Shown here: one piece after another, positions 36,516-46,891 of the stretch
Position numbering within the stretch: position 1 is the stretch's first letter
How the letters are laid out: each line of letters opens with the position of its first letter
Source of the DNA: Planctomycetota bacterium
GTDB taxonomy: Bacteria; Planctomycetota; OFTM77
Assembly: GCA_029260795.1 (NCBI GenBank)
Contig: JAJDCO010000094.1
Span: 161,193-225,192, forward strand
DNA length: 64,000 bases
Direction of reading: 5' to 3'
Translations under genes and position numbers: made by a program
Notes under the pieces: model-generated
The model's input: only the letters and a program-made list of their open reading frames with translations
What the model was told of the DNA's origin: nothing
Database searches by the model: none

Positions 36516-39500
36516 CTATTCGCTGCGCAGAGCCGCGAGAAGGGGGCCTCGGAGGGCGAGCCAGGTCGCGGCCACGACCCAAGCGACTCCCGAGATGGCG
36601 ACGCCGATCACCAGGATGCCGGCCGCACCCCATGGGCTCTCGGCGCCCGGATCCGCCAGCGCCGGCCAGACCGCCACCGCTGCCGCCAGGATTCCGCTGA
36701 GCAACCCCAAGGCGAGCAAGGCGCCGTGCTCGCTCCACACGAGCCAGCGCACGGCCGAGCGCCGATATCCGACGGCCCGAACCAGCGCGAGCTCTGAGCG
36801 ACGCTCGAGCACGTTGCGAAGCACCACCGTCCCCAAGCCCGCCGCGCCCAACAACAATCCAAGCCCCCCCAGCATCTGAAAGATGACCAAGTAGGTGTTC
36901 TGCACCGAGTTGAAGGCGGCCAGCCGTTCCGCGGTGTCGGTCACCTCCAGGCCCATGTCCGCAAGCCCGCGGGTCAGCTCCCGCTCCACCTCGTCGGTTC
37001 GCGCCGGTGCCACGTCGAACAGAAACCAGCGATAGCCGCTCTCCGACGGGAACAGCTCCTCAAAGTGATCGCCGCCGATGACCAGATTGCCTTGGAGGAT
37101 CGAGTTGGCGACCGTCCCGACGATGCGAACCTGAAAGGGCCGACCCCGCTCATCCAGGTAGTCGATGGTGCCCCCGACCGACTTGTGGAGGGCCCACTGC
37201 ACGCTGGCGGCATCACCGATGGCCGGGATCGCGCCATCGGCCCGCTGCTCGAGCAACGTCCACGGGCTCCTGCCTTCCGCCAGGCCGAGATGGTCCGTGA
37301 ATCGAAACGCCTCGCGCTCTGCGAGCCGGGCCGGGTTCACGCCGACCAGACGCGGCTGCTGCGTTTGGTTGAGATTCAAGCAGCTCGCCTCGTCACCGTC
37401 CCGCACCCGGAACGACACGACGCTTCCAGGTGCCAAGAGGTCCTTGGGCAAAGCGTAGGCGTCGATCGCGTCCTGCGAGTCGAGGTCGTGGAGCACGCCG
37501 ATCGTCGCGCGCGCCTGCAGCGTGAAGCCCCCCGTGCCGGAGTCGCGCCGCGTCGGATCCTCGGGCTCTCCCAGACGGTTCGCTCCGACCGCGACGACCA
37601 GAAACGTCCCCGATGCTAGTAGCGAGATGGTGGCCAAGCTCCGCCCCGGGCGCCGCGTGCTGTTGCGCAGACCCAAACGACCGACGGTCTCCTTCTCCGG
37701 GAGCCCTTCGGAGCTCCAACCGGCCAGAAGCAGTCGGCTACCGAACAGGCCGGCCATGAGGAGCAGAGCCCCGACGCCGAAGAACGCCCCAGCTGCCGCC
37801 GTGCCTCGGCCCGGTCCGACCGCCACCGCGATGGCGATCGCCGCCACGACGCAGACGAGCGTCAGTATCACCAATGCCTTCCGTCGGCTCGCCGACAGCA
37901 CTCCCCCGCTCTCGCCAACGCCGCCTCGACGACCGAGCAGCTCTCTCGCCGAGCTCTTGGCCTGACGGCGCAAGGTCCCGGCGAGGGCCGCGAGTGCGGC
38001 CAGGATCGAGATCCCAGCGCCGAGGACGAGCGTCATCGGAGAGATCGCGACCGAGATCGCCGCGGAGGCGACGGCTTCTTTCCACACGCTCGCCAACGCG
38101 CCGAGCACGAGGCGGGTGTACCCGAGCGCGCCGAGAACACCGAGAGAGGCTCCGAGCACCGCGAGCACCAGGCCTTCACCGAGGAGGAGGCGCCGCACCT
38201 GCCGCGGTGTCCAGCCGACGGCGAGGAGAAGCCCGACCTGCGAAGCCCGCTGCTCGACGCCGAAGACGAAGAGCAACGCCGTCAGCAGGAAGGCCGCGAT
38301 CAGGAGGAAGGAGCTCAAACCGAGGAACAGGCCCCCAAAGTCCGTCGTCGCACGTCCCGAGGCGAGCGCCTGGCCGCGCAGATCCTGAAAGAAGAGCCCC
38401 AGGGCGGCCGGCCGGAGTGCGGACACGAGGTCCTGCTCGAGCGCGGTCCGATCCGTCTCGGAGAAGCGAACGGCCGTCAGGGCTCCGAAGCGATTGCCCC
38501 ACATCCCTTGCGCCGTCTCGAGCGTGATGAAGGCCTTGGGCGTGCCGTGGTGATCGTCCCAGTAGGCCTCGTCTTCGTCGCGGATGCGCTCGAGGTCGAC
38601 CGGGATACCCGGCTCCCAGTCGCGGCAGTCCTCGGTATCGGCCAGCCCGGGAAAACCGGGCATCAGCGAAGGATCGCCCGCGAAGCCCTCGAGCGGTGTC
38701 ACTCGCCCGACGGTGAAGACGTGCTCCTTCTCGACCAGTCGGCGATCGCGACCAATGGCGAAGTAGCGGATGCTCAGTCGGTCTTGTGCTTTGGCGCCGA
38801 GATCCGTTGCGAGCCAGCGGCCGAGGATCGTCCCATCGTTTGCCAGACCAGTTCCATAGAGGACGTGCCAGTCGGGAAAGTCTTCGGGCGCTCCGGCGAG
38901 CAGGCCAGCGCCGGCGACCATCGAGTACGGAGTCGCGCGATCACCGATCCGGAGCTCGTTGACGAAGTAGGTGAGAATGCCGAGCGCCGAGCGCGAGCCG
39001 CTTCGTACAGCCTCCTCCACCGGTGGATCGAGGAAGATGCGCTCACTGCGGAGCTCGAGCAAGCCGCTCTCGTGATCATGGAGGCTCAGCTCACCGTCCT
39101 CGAGCTTCCAATGCTGGGCGAGCGCTTCGTCGAGAGCTTCCGACGCGGGCGCCGAGTCTTCGGAAGCACCGGCGACGAGCAGCAAGTTGGCGCGCCCCGC
39201 GCGCTCGACGGTGCGCTGCAGCCAGTCGAGATCGACGAAGGCATTGAAGGGCGGAATCTGGTCGGCCTCGAGCGCGAACCGTCCGAATGTTTCGTCGGTC
39301 ACGATGGCGACGACCTCGACCCGCAACGCGGTCGCGACGTCGTCGCTGGTTGCGAGCGCCATGTCCCGCGGGAGTCCACTCGGCTTTTCGACTCGGAGCA
39401 AGATCGTGTCACCGACGGCGACCTCGAGCTGGCTCGCGAGCCGCTCGCTCACCAGCACTTGCCGAGGCCCAGGGAGCGGGCCGTTCCAGGCTGCCGCTCC

Positions 39501-39857
39501 GAGCGCCGGAAAGCGTGCATCGATGCCGGTGACGCGCACGTCGTTCGCGCGCCGTTCCCCTCCCGGCACCGATCCGACTCCGCTGAGCCGCAAGGCGGGA
39601 ACCACGCGGAGGTCTCGGAAGCTGGCCGCGAGCTCGTCGGCCAAGGCGGCTCGAAAAAAGCGATCGTGCGACACGAGCACACGATCGGTGCGACCAATCC
39701 GCTGCCGCGCCTGCGATTGCAAGCTCGCCTGCACGGAGTCGCCGACCACCAGGGCACCCACCAAGACGGCGGTTCCGATGGCGGTTCCCAGCAGGACGCC
39801 CAGATGGCTTCGCCAATAGTAGAGCGCGCTGCGGAGAACGAGCCGAAGCCGAGTCAT
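36516..39857 (-). CDS. ABC transporter permease, FtsX/MacB-like, large (two FtsX-type membrane domains with large extracytoplasmic domains)
   Basis: 1113 aa; N-terminal TM, large periplasmic regions, C-terminal 4-TM FtsX-like bundle; 4-nt overlap with the upstream ABC ATPase. Confidence 0.83.
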   Translation of the reverse strand: MTRLRLVLRSALYYWRSHLGVLLGTAIGTAVLVGALVVGDSVQASLQSQARQRIGRTDRVLVSHDRFFRAALADELAASFRDLRVVPALRLSGVGSVPGGERRANDVRVTGIDARFPALGAAAWNGPLPGPRQVLVSERLASQLEVAVGDTILLRVEKPSGLPRDMALATSDDVATALRVEVVAIVTDETFGRFALEADQIPPFNAFVDLDWLQRTVERAGRANLLLVAGASEDSAPASEALDEALAQHWKLEDGELSLHDHESGLLELRSERIFLDPPVEEAVRSGSRSALGILTYFVNELRIGDRATPYSMVAGAGLLAGAPEDFPDWHVLYGTGLANDGTILGRWLATDLGAKAQDRLSIRYFAIGRDRRLVEKEHVFTVGRVTPLEGFAGDPSLMPGFPGLADTEDCRDWEPGIPVDLERIRDEDEAYWDDHHGTPKAFITLETAQGMWGNRFGALTAVRFSETDRTALEQDLVSALRPAALGLFFQDLRGQALASGRATTDFGGLFLGLSSFLLIAAFLLTALLFVFGVEQRASQVGLLLAVGWTPRQVRRLLLGEGLVLAVLGASLGVLGALGYTRLVLGALASVWKEAVASAAISVAISPMTLVLGAGISILAALAALAGTLRRQAKSSARELLGRRGGVGESGGVLSASRRKALVILTLVCVVAAIAIAVAVGPGRGTAAAGAFFGVGALLLMAGLFGSRLLLAGWSSEGLPEKETVGRLGLRNSTRRPGRSLATISLLASGTFLVVAVGANRLGEPEDPTRRDSGTGGFTLQARATIGVLHDLDSQDAIDAYALPKDLLAPGSVVSFRVRDGDEASCLNLNQTQQPRLVGVNPARLAEREAFRFTDHLGLAEGRSPWTLLEQRADGAIPAIGDAASVQWALHKSVGGTIDYLDERGRPFQVRIVGTVANSILQGNLVIGGDHFEELFPSESGYRWFLFDVAPARTDEVERELTRGLADMGLEVTDTAERLAAFNSVQNTYLVIFQMLGGLGLLLGAAGLGTVVLRNVLERRSELALVRAVGYRRSAVRWLVWSEHGALLALGLLSGILAAAVAVWPALADPGAESPWGAAGILVIGVAISGVAWVVAATWLALRGPLLAALRSE

Positions 39858-40582
39858 GCGCCGCTCTCCGCACGCACGAGCAAGCGACCTGCGCGGAGCT
39901 CGCGAATGCTCCCCAGCCGGGACGCGAGATCTTTGGAATGCGTCACACAGACCAACGTCAGCCCTCGCTCTCGACAGAGTCGCTCGAGCAAGTCGGCGAG
40001 GTCATCGGCCGAGCGGGCATCGAGTGACCCCGTCGGCTCATCGGCGAGAAGGATGGACGGCTCGTTCACGAGGGCGCGCACGACCGCGACCCGTTGACAC
40101 TCGCCACCCGAGAGCTGGGCCGGCCGATGATCGAGGCGAGCACTCAGTCCGACGGCGCTCAAGAGCTCGCGGGCGCGCTCGACCGTAGTGGCCCGACTGG
40201 CGCGATCGCGATGCACGAGCGTCGGGACGAGGACATTCTCGAGAGCGCTACATTGAGGCAGAAGATGATGGAGCTGAAAGACGAACCCGACCGCATCGTT
40301 GCGGAAGCGCGCCAAGTCCTCGGCGTCCACGCGCGTCAAGTCGATGCCCGCGACCTGCACCGAGCCCCGCGTGGGAAGCTCGAGCCCGCCGAGGATGTTG
40401 AGGAGCGTGCTCTTTCCCGAGCCCGAAGGCCCGACGATCGCGACCGACTCGCCGCGCGCCACCTCGAGATCGACGCCGCGCAGCACCTCGGTCGTGATCG
40501 AGCCGCGCTGAAACTCCTTGGTCACGCCTTCCAAGTGGATCCAATGCTCTTGTCCGGCACTTGATCGGGTTGGTTCATTCAA
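39854..40582 (-). CDS. ABC transporter ATP-binding protein (LolD/MacB-type)
   Basis: 242 aa; Walker A GPSGSGKST, ABC signature LSGGECQRVAVVRAL, Walker B ILLADEPTGSLD. Confidence 0.9.
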   Translation of the reverse strand: MNEPTRSSAGQEHWIHLEGVTKEFQRGSITTEVLRGVDLEVARGESVAIVGPSGSGKSTLLNILGGLELPTRGSVQVAGIDLTRVDAEDLARFRNDAVGFVFQLHHLLPQCSALENVLVPTLVHRDRASRATTVERARELLSAVGLSARLDHRPAQLSGGECQRVAVVRALVNEPSILLADEPTGSLDARSADDLADLLERLCRERGLTLVCVTHSKDLASRLGSIRELRAGRLLVRAESGA

Positions 40583-40597
40583 GCTCGGGATCTCCGC

Positions 40598-41152
40598 TCA
40601 GCGTTGTTCGGTCTCGGCCGGTCTCTCGATGGACGCCGTCGACTTCTTGGGCGATGGCCCCGGCTTGTAGAGCATCACCAGCATCCCTCCGACTGCGGCC
40701 AACAGGATGCCGAGGAAGAACTGGGGCTTGATGCTCGAGAAGCCAGCGGCCGGGGGATGCAGCGCAAGCGAGACGACCGCGTTCACGACCGGCGCCCCGG
40801 CGAAGATGATCGACATCACGACGGCGGGCTTGCCGTTGGCACCGAAGGCGAGCAGAACGCCGAAGGCACCGATCGCACCGGCGACGCCCGCGACCAGGGA
40901 CCAGGTGATGCCCTTGCCACTCATCGACCAGTCGCTGCCCTTGAGAAGGAGCAGGAGAGCGGGCGCCAAGACGGCGGCGAGGAAGTAGGCGATGCCGACC
41001 CAGAGGAATGCCTTGTAGCGGGCATTGGGATCATTCACCCCCATGGTCGTCTGTCCGGTGTGGAGCAGAATGCCGTAGAGGCCCCAACAGGCGACAGTCA
41101 GCATCGCGTAGGCGAGCCAGAGGTTGCTTTCTTGTCCAGAGCTCCCGGGCAT
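40598..41152 (-). CDS. Hypothetical small integral membrane protein (4-5 TM helices)
   Basis: 184 aa, strongly hydrophobic; 16 nt upstream of the ABC ATPase start; no family recognised. Confidence 0.55.
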   Translation of the reverse strand: MPGSSGQESNLWLAYAMLTVACWGLYGILLHTGQTTMGVNDPNARYKAFLWVGIAYFLAAVLAPALLLLLKGSDWSMSGKGITWSLVAGVAGAIGAFGVLLAFGANGKPAVVMSIIFAGAPVVNAVVSLALHPPAAGFSSIKPQFFLGILLAAVGGMLVMLYKPGPSPKKSTASIERPAETEQR

Positions 41153-41178
41153 GGGGCACGTGTCCTTTCAGTTCATTC

Positions 41179-41670
41179 TCAGTTCCGACGCGCCGACTCA
41201 GGCGTCGTCAGCTTCAGCTCTTTCAATCGACGGCTCGGAGCGGCCTCGAGTGACGCGTCGACGTCCGCTGACATCGGCACGGCGCGAAAGTCGCGATCCC
41301 CGGGTCTCTTCTCGACATGCACGACCGTCATCATCCCGCGAGCGATCTCGGCGCCCGCTTCTCCTCCTTCGCCGATCCGACGGAACAGCACGGCGTGACG
41401 CAGTACCTTGGAGCGCTTCTCCAGGACCACGAGGTGAAGTGAGACGTGATCGAGATATCGGAGCGGCTCGCGATAATCACACTCGGCCCGCACGCGTACC
41501 CACCCTCGCATGACGCCCTCTTCCTCCCAGTGAAGGGCGAGACCGAGCGAGTGGAAGAAATAATGCTCGGTCGCCTCCATGAACCGGAAGTAGTTCGAGA
41601 AGTGCATGATGCCGGCCATGTCGGTCTCGGCAAACTCGACCTGGCGTTGGGTGATGAACTCGTGGGCCAT
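41179..41670 (-). CDS. Hotdog-fold acyl-CoA thioesterase (4-hydroxybenzoyl-CoA thioesterase/YbgC-like)
   Basis: Start set at ATG 41670 (MAHEFITQRQVEFAETDMAGIMHFSNYFRFMEATEHYFF...), the typical 4HBT N-terminal motif; ORF-track start 41904 adds 78 low-complexity residues. Confidence 0.72.
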   Translation of the reverse strand: MAHEFITQRQVEFAETDMAGIMHFSNYFRFMEATEHYFFHSLGLALHWEEEGVMRGWVRVRAECDYREPLRYLDHVSLHLVVLEKRSKVLRHAVLFRRIGEGGEAGAEIARGMMTVVHVEKRPGDRDFRAVPMSADVDASLEAAPSRRLKELKLTTPESARRN

Positions 41671-41731
41671 GTTCACTCGACCGGAGAAAGGGAATCGTTC
41701 GCGCACAACGTGACGCCGACGACCTCGGGGG

Positions 41732-43078
41732 TCAAGCCGATACGGAGCGGCGGCAGAAGGCCTCGAACTCGTCGGCCATTCTCTCCATCGTGAAGTACTC
41801 ACGGGCCGCGCGTTGGCCCGCTGCCGACAAGCGATCGGAGAGGCAGCGGTCTTCGAGGACCCGGCGCAACCCGTCGGCCAGGGAAGCGGTATCGTTGGCT
41901 TCACAGAGCAGGCCCGCCTCGGTCGCCTCGATCAGCTCGAGGAAGGAGCCGTGCCGGGGTTGAACGACCGGAACGCCCGCCGCCCAGGCTTCCACCAGGT
42001 AGAGCCCGAACGACTCGCCATAGGTGGCCGGCACCGACATCACCGACAGCTCGCCGAGGAAGCGCAGCTTCTCCGCTTTGGTGCAGTTCGGAAGCCAGGT
42101 GACCTCGCTGCCGAGACCGGCCGAGCGAAGCTGCTCCTGAAGCTGTCGGACGAATGGCCGGTCCTCGGCCAGCTGCACGCCGGCGACCTGCAACCTCGCC
42201 TCGGTGCCCGAGGCCCGCAAGGCCACGAAGGCCGCGACCAGCCTGTCGAGGCCCTTGTCGGCACACATGCGAGCCAGGTAGCCGATGACTGGCGGACTCG
42301 CATCTCGGGCAGCGGTCGGGATCCCTTCCAGCGCGATTCCATTGTGAATGACCGACACTCGCTCGGGCGGTAGCTGCAGCCGCTCGCTCATCAAGTCGGC
42401 CGTGTAGCGGCTGACGGCGACGAAGGCGTCCAGGTCGCCCGCCCGCCGCTGGAGCTCGCTCCAAGCCTGGTCTCGGTGGACCTTCGGCAGCGCGTCCAAG
42501 AAAGGAGCCTCCCCCTGCAGGGTTCCGACCACAGGGCATTCGATGGCCTCGCGCAGGCGCCGCGCCAACCCGCTGAGCAGGGCATTCGACAGACAGATCA
42601 GGTCAGGGCGCTCGTGATCCCGAAGCCAGGTGATGAGCTCGTCGAGGCCCGCCTGCTGTGGACCGCTCTCACCGCGCAGCATGGCGACCGTCAGGGCTCC
42701 GAGGTCCTTGGCCTCGGTCATCGAGCCGCGTGACGCCGCCCAGCGCAAGAAAGACGGCCGATCGAGCCAGTGACGAACGAATCGAGGCAACCAGTGCCAC
42801 CAACGAAGCCGGTGCTCGAGGTACACGTTCACGCCGCCGAGGAAGACGGGATCCTCCGTCTTCTCCGCAGAGTCGTCCTCGAGGACGAAGGGCAAGTAGA
42901 CGGGAATCATCATCACGTCGTGCCCGCGCGCCCGGAGTGCCCGCACGAGCAGCTCGTCTCGCAAGCAGCTTCCGCAGTAGAAGTGGCCCGTCCCGGGGGT
43001 GATCTGGACGATCTTCAGAGGTGCCGAAGCGCGGTTGGCCTCGAGCGCGACGCGCTCGAGCTCATCGCTGCCCTTCAT
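41732..43078 (-). CDS. Glycosyltransferase family 4 (GT-B, group-1 glycosyl transferase)
   Basis: 448 aa; C-terminal GT4 pattern (VPATYGESFGLYLVEAWAAGVPVV...) with the E-x7-E-type motif. Confidence 0.83.
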   Translation of the reverse strand: MKGSDELERVALEANRASAPLKIVQITPGTGHFYCGSCLRDELLVRALRARGHDVMMIPVYLPFVLEDDSAEKTEDPVFLGGVNVYLEHRLRWWHWLPRFVRHWLDRPSFLRWAASRGSMTEAKDLGALTVAMLRGESGPQQAGLDELITWLRDHERPDLICLSNALLSGLARRLREAIECPVVGTLQGEAPFLDALPKVHRDQAWSELQRRAGDLDAFVAVSRYTADLMSERLQLPPERVSVIHNGIALEGIPTAARDASPPVIGYLARMCADKGLDRLVAAFVALRASGTEARLQVAGVQLAEDRPFVRQLQEQLRSAGLGSEVTWLPNCTKAEKLRFLGELSVMSVPATYGESFGLYLVEAWAAGVPVVQPRHGSFLELIEATEAGLLCEANDTASLADGLRRVLEDRCLSDRLSAAGQRAAREYFTMERMADEFEAFCRRSVSA

Positions 43079-43099
43079 CTCGGCCCACTCCAGACGGCC

Positions 43100-44434
43100 T
43101 CACGCATAACGCGCATTGCGGTGCTCCGAGCGGAAGAAGCGCGGCAACAGCTCATCGATGCGAAGTAGAGCGTCGCGCGTCACGTCAACCGCCTGCTCCG
43201 TCACCTTGAAATCACCCTGCGCCTCGAGCTCGGCCAGAGGCTCGGCGAAGCGTTGGCGCGGATCCTCCCCAAACTTCTGACGGAAGTACTCCAGCGGCAA
43301 GTGGCCGAGCTTGAGCTGCAAGATGAACTCTCGCACGAACTGCTCATCCTTCGTGAGCACCAGCGCCCGATGAATCGGAAGCTCGCCTCGCTCGACGCGT
43401 TCCACGTAGGGCTCGTAACGATGCTCGTTCTGCAGATGAACACCGCCGAGATGGCCGAACGACGACACGCCCAGGCCGATCAGATCTGCGCCCGTCCACA
43501 GCGCATCGCGATACCGGAACTCGATCCCCTCACCCTTCTTGGCCGTGGTGACCGAACCGATCTGGTATCCCGCCCGCTCCAGGGCAGCGTAGGCCTCTTG
43601 AGTCCAGCGTCGCTTGGTGGGCCAGTCGGCGACGGGAGCGACCTGCGTTCCGCCCTCTTGCATGCGCTGATAGATCGTCGTGTTGTACGGGACCTCGAGC
43701 TGATAGATGGTCACGTTGTCCGGCTCGAGCTTCAGCGTCTCCTCGATACAGCGGCGCCAGTTCTCATCCGTCTCGCCGACCATGCCGGCGATCAGATCGA
43801 TGTTGATCTGTTCGAAGCCGACATCCCGCGCCGTCTGGTAGGCGCCGTAGATCTCCTTGGCTCGATGGGCGCGGTTGTTGAGCGCGAGGATCTCGGCATT
43901 GAAGTTCTCGACACCCAGGCTCAGTCGCGTCACACCCAGCTCGTGAAGGACCTCGATCTTCTTCGTCTGCAGCGTGCCCGGCTCACACTCGAAGGTGACC
44001 TCCTCGGCCTCTGACCAGTCGAAGATGTCGCGCAACCCTTCGAACAGGAATCGGAGCTGATCCGGGGAGAGGTAGGACGGCGTGCCACCCCCGAAGTAGA
44101 CGAGCTTCGGTTGGCGACCTACGAGATAGGGCTGCTCGGCGTAGAGCCGTGACTCGGTCAGGACCGCATCGAGGTAGCGACGAACGTCTTGGGCGTTCTT
44201 GTCGGTGTAGACCTTGTAGTAACAGAAGTCGCAGCGCTTTCGGCAGAACGGAATGTGCACGTAGAGACCGAGCATCGGCGGAGACTCGGCCCCTTCCGAG
44301 AGAAGCTGGAGGACTCTCGGGACTTGGTCTTCTCGCCAGAACGAGAAGGGCGGGTAGTTGGCGATGAAGTAGTTACCGACCGTCGTCTCTTCTGTGGAAG
44401 GACCTGGGCTCTTCGGCTCATCGGAGCTCATCAA
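43100..44434 (-). CDS. Radical SAM enzyme, HemN-like (oxygen-independent coproporphyrinogen-III oxidase family; class-C radical SAM methyltransferases share this fold)
   Basis: 444 aa; CxxxCxxC cluster motif (CRKRCDFCYY), GGGTPS motif, C-terminal HemN_C-like region. Confidence 0.83.
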   Translation of the reverse strand: MMSSDEPKSPGPSTEETTVGNYFIANYPPFSFWREDQVPRVLQLLSEGAESPPMLGLYVHIPFCRKRCDFCYYKVYTDKNAQDVRRYLDAVLTESRLYAEQPYLVGRQPKLVYFGGGTPSYLSPDQLRFLFEGLRDIFDWSEAEEVTFECEPGTLQTKKIEVLHELGVTRLSLGVENFNAEILALNNRAHRAKEIYGAYQTARDVGFEQINIDLIAGMVGETDENWRRCIEETLKLEPDNVTIYQLEVPYNTTIYQRMQEGGTQVAPVADWPTKRRWTQEAYAALERAGYQIGSVTTAKKGEGIEFRYRDALWTGADLIGLGVSSFGHLGGVHLQNEHRYEPYVERVERGELPIHRALVLTKDEQFVREFILQLKLGHLPLEYFRQKFGEDPRQRFAEPLAELEAQGDFKVTEQAVDVTRDALLRIDELLPRFFRSEHRNARYA

Positions 44435-45630
44435 CGACCTCGTTTCTTCTCACCGGACTTCTGATCCGACTCACCGAACACGTACAGCAGTCCGTCATTG
44501 GCGCCGATCAGGATGCGACCGCCCGCCACGGCGGGCGAGGAGAAGATCGACTGGCCGATGTCGTACGACCACGTCTCTTCGCCCGTTGCGGCATTCAAGA
44601 CATACAGGCGGCCATCCGCCGAGCCGAAGACCACGCGGTCGCCACAGAGCACCGGCGAGGCGTCGATCTTGCGTCGCGTCTTGAACGCCCACACCTCTTC
44701 GCCATCGGCGAAGCGAACGCAGTGCAGCTTCTTGTCACGACCCCCGAAGTAGACGAGGTCCTCGCCGATCGCGGGTGACGAGAAGAAGGCGTTCCGGCCG
44801 TCGCCGAACGACCAGACCTCCTCGCCTTTGTTCAGATCGAGGCGCACGAACGCGTTGCCGTAGTGGCCGAAGAACGCTTGGTCGCGATCGACTCCGACCG
44901 AGCCCGCGATGTAGCTCTCGGCTCCCATGTCGAGCTGCGACTGGGCTTGCCCCTCGGCGAGGGACACCACGTGCAGGCGAGCGTCACAGCCGCCAAACAC
45001 GATCTGATCGTTCCAAACCGCCGGCGTTCCGTTGACGTAGTTCTCCGTCTCGTAGCGCCACACCGGCTCGCCCGTCTTCGCATCCAGACAGTAGAGAGCG
45101 GAGTCGTAGCTCCCGAACACGACGCGACGGCCCTCAGCCGACTCGAAGAGCGTCGCTCCCCCTTGAACCTTGTCTCCGGTCTCGAACTTCCAGCGCAGAT
45201 CCCCCGTCTTCTTGTCGAGGGCGTAGAAGAAGCCGTCCGTGGAGCCGACGTAGACCGTGTCCCCGCTTACGGTCGGGGGCGCCTCGATCATGTCCTCCGT
45301 CGCGAATCGCCAGAGGCCGCGGCCGGTCTCGAAGTCGATCGCGTGGAGGTGGTAGTCGTCGGAGCCCACAAACACTCGCCCGCCCTCGATCACTGGAGAA
45401 GAGGCGATGGCGGCTTCCGTTGCGTACGTCCAGAGCAGTCGAGGCTCCGCTGGGAGTCGCCCCGAGGCGACTCCGGTCTGACTCGGATTCCCGCGGAAGC
45501 TGGGCCACTCGCTCGAGGTCGGGGAGGCAACCGGCTTCGCCGTCGGCTCTTGAGCGCAGATGGCTCCGGACACCAGCATGCCGACCATCAGGAGCGCCAA
45601 CGCCAGAATGCGATCGCCTCGTCGATTCAT
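44431..45630 (-). CDS. PQQ-like beta-propeller repeat protein (paralog 5)
   Basis: Start set at ATG 45630 (MNRRGDRILALALLMVGMLVSGAICA signal); WPSFRGNPSQTG motif; 4-nt overlap with the HemN-like gene. Confidence 0.8.
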   Translation of the reverse strand: MNRRGDRILALALLMVGMLVSGAICAQEPTAKPVASPTSSEWPSFRGNPSQTGVASGRLPAEPRLLWTYATEAAIASSPVIEGGRVFVGSDDYHLHAIDFETGRGLWRFATEDMIEAPPTVSGDTVYVGSTDGFFYALDKKTGDLRWKFETGDKVQGGATLFESAEGRRVVFGSYDSALYCLDAKTGEPVWRYETENYVNGTPAVWNDQIVFGGCDARLHVVSLAEGQAQSQLDMGAESYIAGSVGVDRDQAFFGHYGNAFVRLDLNKGEEVWSFGDGRNAFFSSPAIGEDLVYFGGRDKKLHCVRFADGEEVWAFKTRRKIDASPVLCGDRVVFGSADGRLYVLNAATGEETWSYDIGQSIFSSPAVAGGRILIGANDGLLYVFGESDQKSGEKKRGR

Positions 45631-45702
45631 CTCCACCTCACTCGTCAACCGGGTCTTTCGGGGGTTCATCGGGTCTAAACCATGATCTGCCAAGGTGCAA
45701 GC

Positions 45703-46881
45703 TCAACGAGTGCCATGGAGGGCCTCGCCGTACAAGGCCCGCAGCGAAGCCCGATCGACCGGCCGCGGATTGAAGCCGCCCGTCCACTGCTCGGCGGCCA
45801 GCTCGGCGAGCCCATCCAAGTCGGATTCAGCCACGCCGCATTCGGCCAACGATTCGGGCATCCCCGCCGCGTCCAGAAGCGCACCGATCCGTCGAGCCAG
45901 GCGATCGGCGGACTCGGAAGCCTGTCGGTCCCCGACAGCTGATGGATCGAAGAGCTCGGCGTAGAGCCGGGCGACGGCAGGATCCTCGGCATTGAAGCGC
46001 ACCACCGTGGGCAGCATCAGCCCGACGGCTCGACCGTGCTCGGTGTCGAAGCGAGCGGTGAGCGGATTGGCGAGCGCATGCGCCGCGCCCAGCATGCTCG
46101 CCTCGATCGCGAGACCCGCGAAAGCCGAGGCGAGGAGCATTCCACCGCGAGCCGTGTGGTCGCTCGGCGCCGAGAGCACCGTCTCCAAGTGTCGATTCAC
46201 AAGGCGAAATGCCTCCTTCGCCCAGAGCGACGAGACGGGATTTCGGCGGCTGGTGACGAAGGACTCGACGGCGTGCGTCAGGGTATCGATACCGGTGTGG
46301 GCGGTAACGTGAGTCGGCATCGTCTCGGTCAGCACCGGATCGAGCAGGGCGATGCGCGGCTGGGCGCTCGGGTCCCCGCACGCCATCTTGCGGTGGGATT
46401 CCAGCTGCGAGATCAGCGCGAAGGATTGTACCTCGCTGCCCGTGCCTGCGGTCGTCGGGACCGCGATCATCGGGAGGAGAGGCGTCGCGACCGGCCCACT
46501 TCGCCAGTAGTCCTTCATGCTTCCACCATTGGTCAGCAGGAAGTTCGCACCCTTGGCGGTATCGAGGCTGCTCCCGCCACCGAGGCCGAGGATCAGGTCC
46601 GGAGCGTGTGGCGCCGCGGCCGCTCGACAGCGCTCGACATCCTCGGTGGTCGGATTCTGATGAACCTCCGAGAAGACGGCGGTCGGCAAGCCGGCGGCCT
46701 CGAGCGCGGCTCGCACGGGCTCGACGTGCCCCGCGGCGACCAGACCGGCATCACTCACGAGCAGGACGCGCCGCGCGCCCAGCGATCGACAGAGCTCGGG
46801 AATCCGGGCGGCCGCGCCTACACCGAAGACGAGACGCGGGCCGAGCGCGAGATCGAATTCGGCAGGCGGATCCGGAGTCAT
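45703..46881 (-). CDS. Iron-containing (group III) alcohol dehydrogenase
   Basis: Start set at ATG 46881 (MTPDPPAEFDLALGPRLVFGVG...); Fe-ADH motifs (GLGGGSSLDTAKG, metal-binding His region HTGIDTLTHAVESF). Confidence 0.85.
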   Translation of the reverse strand: MTPDPPAEFDLALGPRLVFGVGAAARIPELCRSLGARRVLLVSDAGLVAAGHVEPVRAALEAAGLPTAVFSEVHQNPTTEDVERCRAAAAPHAPDLILGLGGGSSLDTAKGANFLLTNGGSMKDYWRSGPVATPLLPMIAVPTTAGTGSEVQSFALISQLESHRKMACGDPSAQPRIALLDPVLTETMPTHVTAHTGIDTLTHAVESFVTSRRNPVSSLWAKEAFRLVNRHLETVLSAPSDHTARGGMLLASAFAGLAIEASMLGAAHALANPLTARFDTEHGRAVGLMLPTVVRFNAEDPAVARLYAELFDPSAVGDRQASESADRLARRIGALLDAAGMPESLAECGVAESDLDGLAELAAEQWTGGFNPRPVDRASLRALYGEALHGTR

Positions 46882-46891
46882 GGACGGTCGA

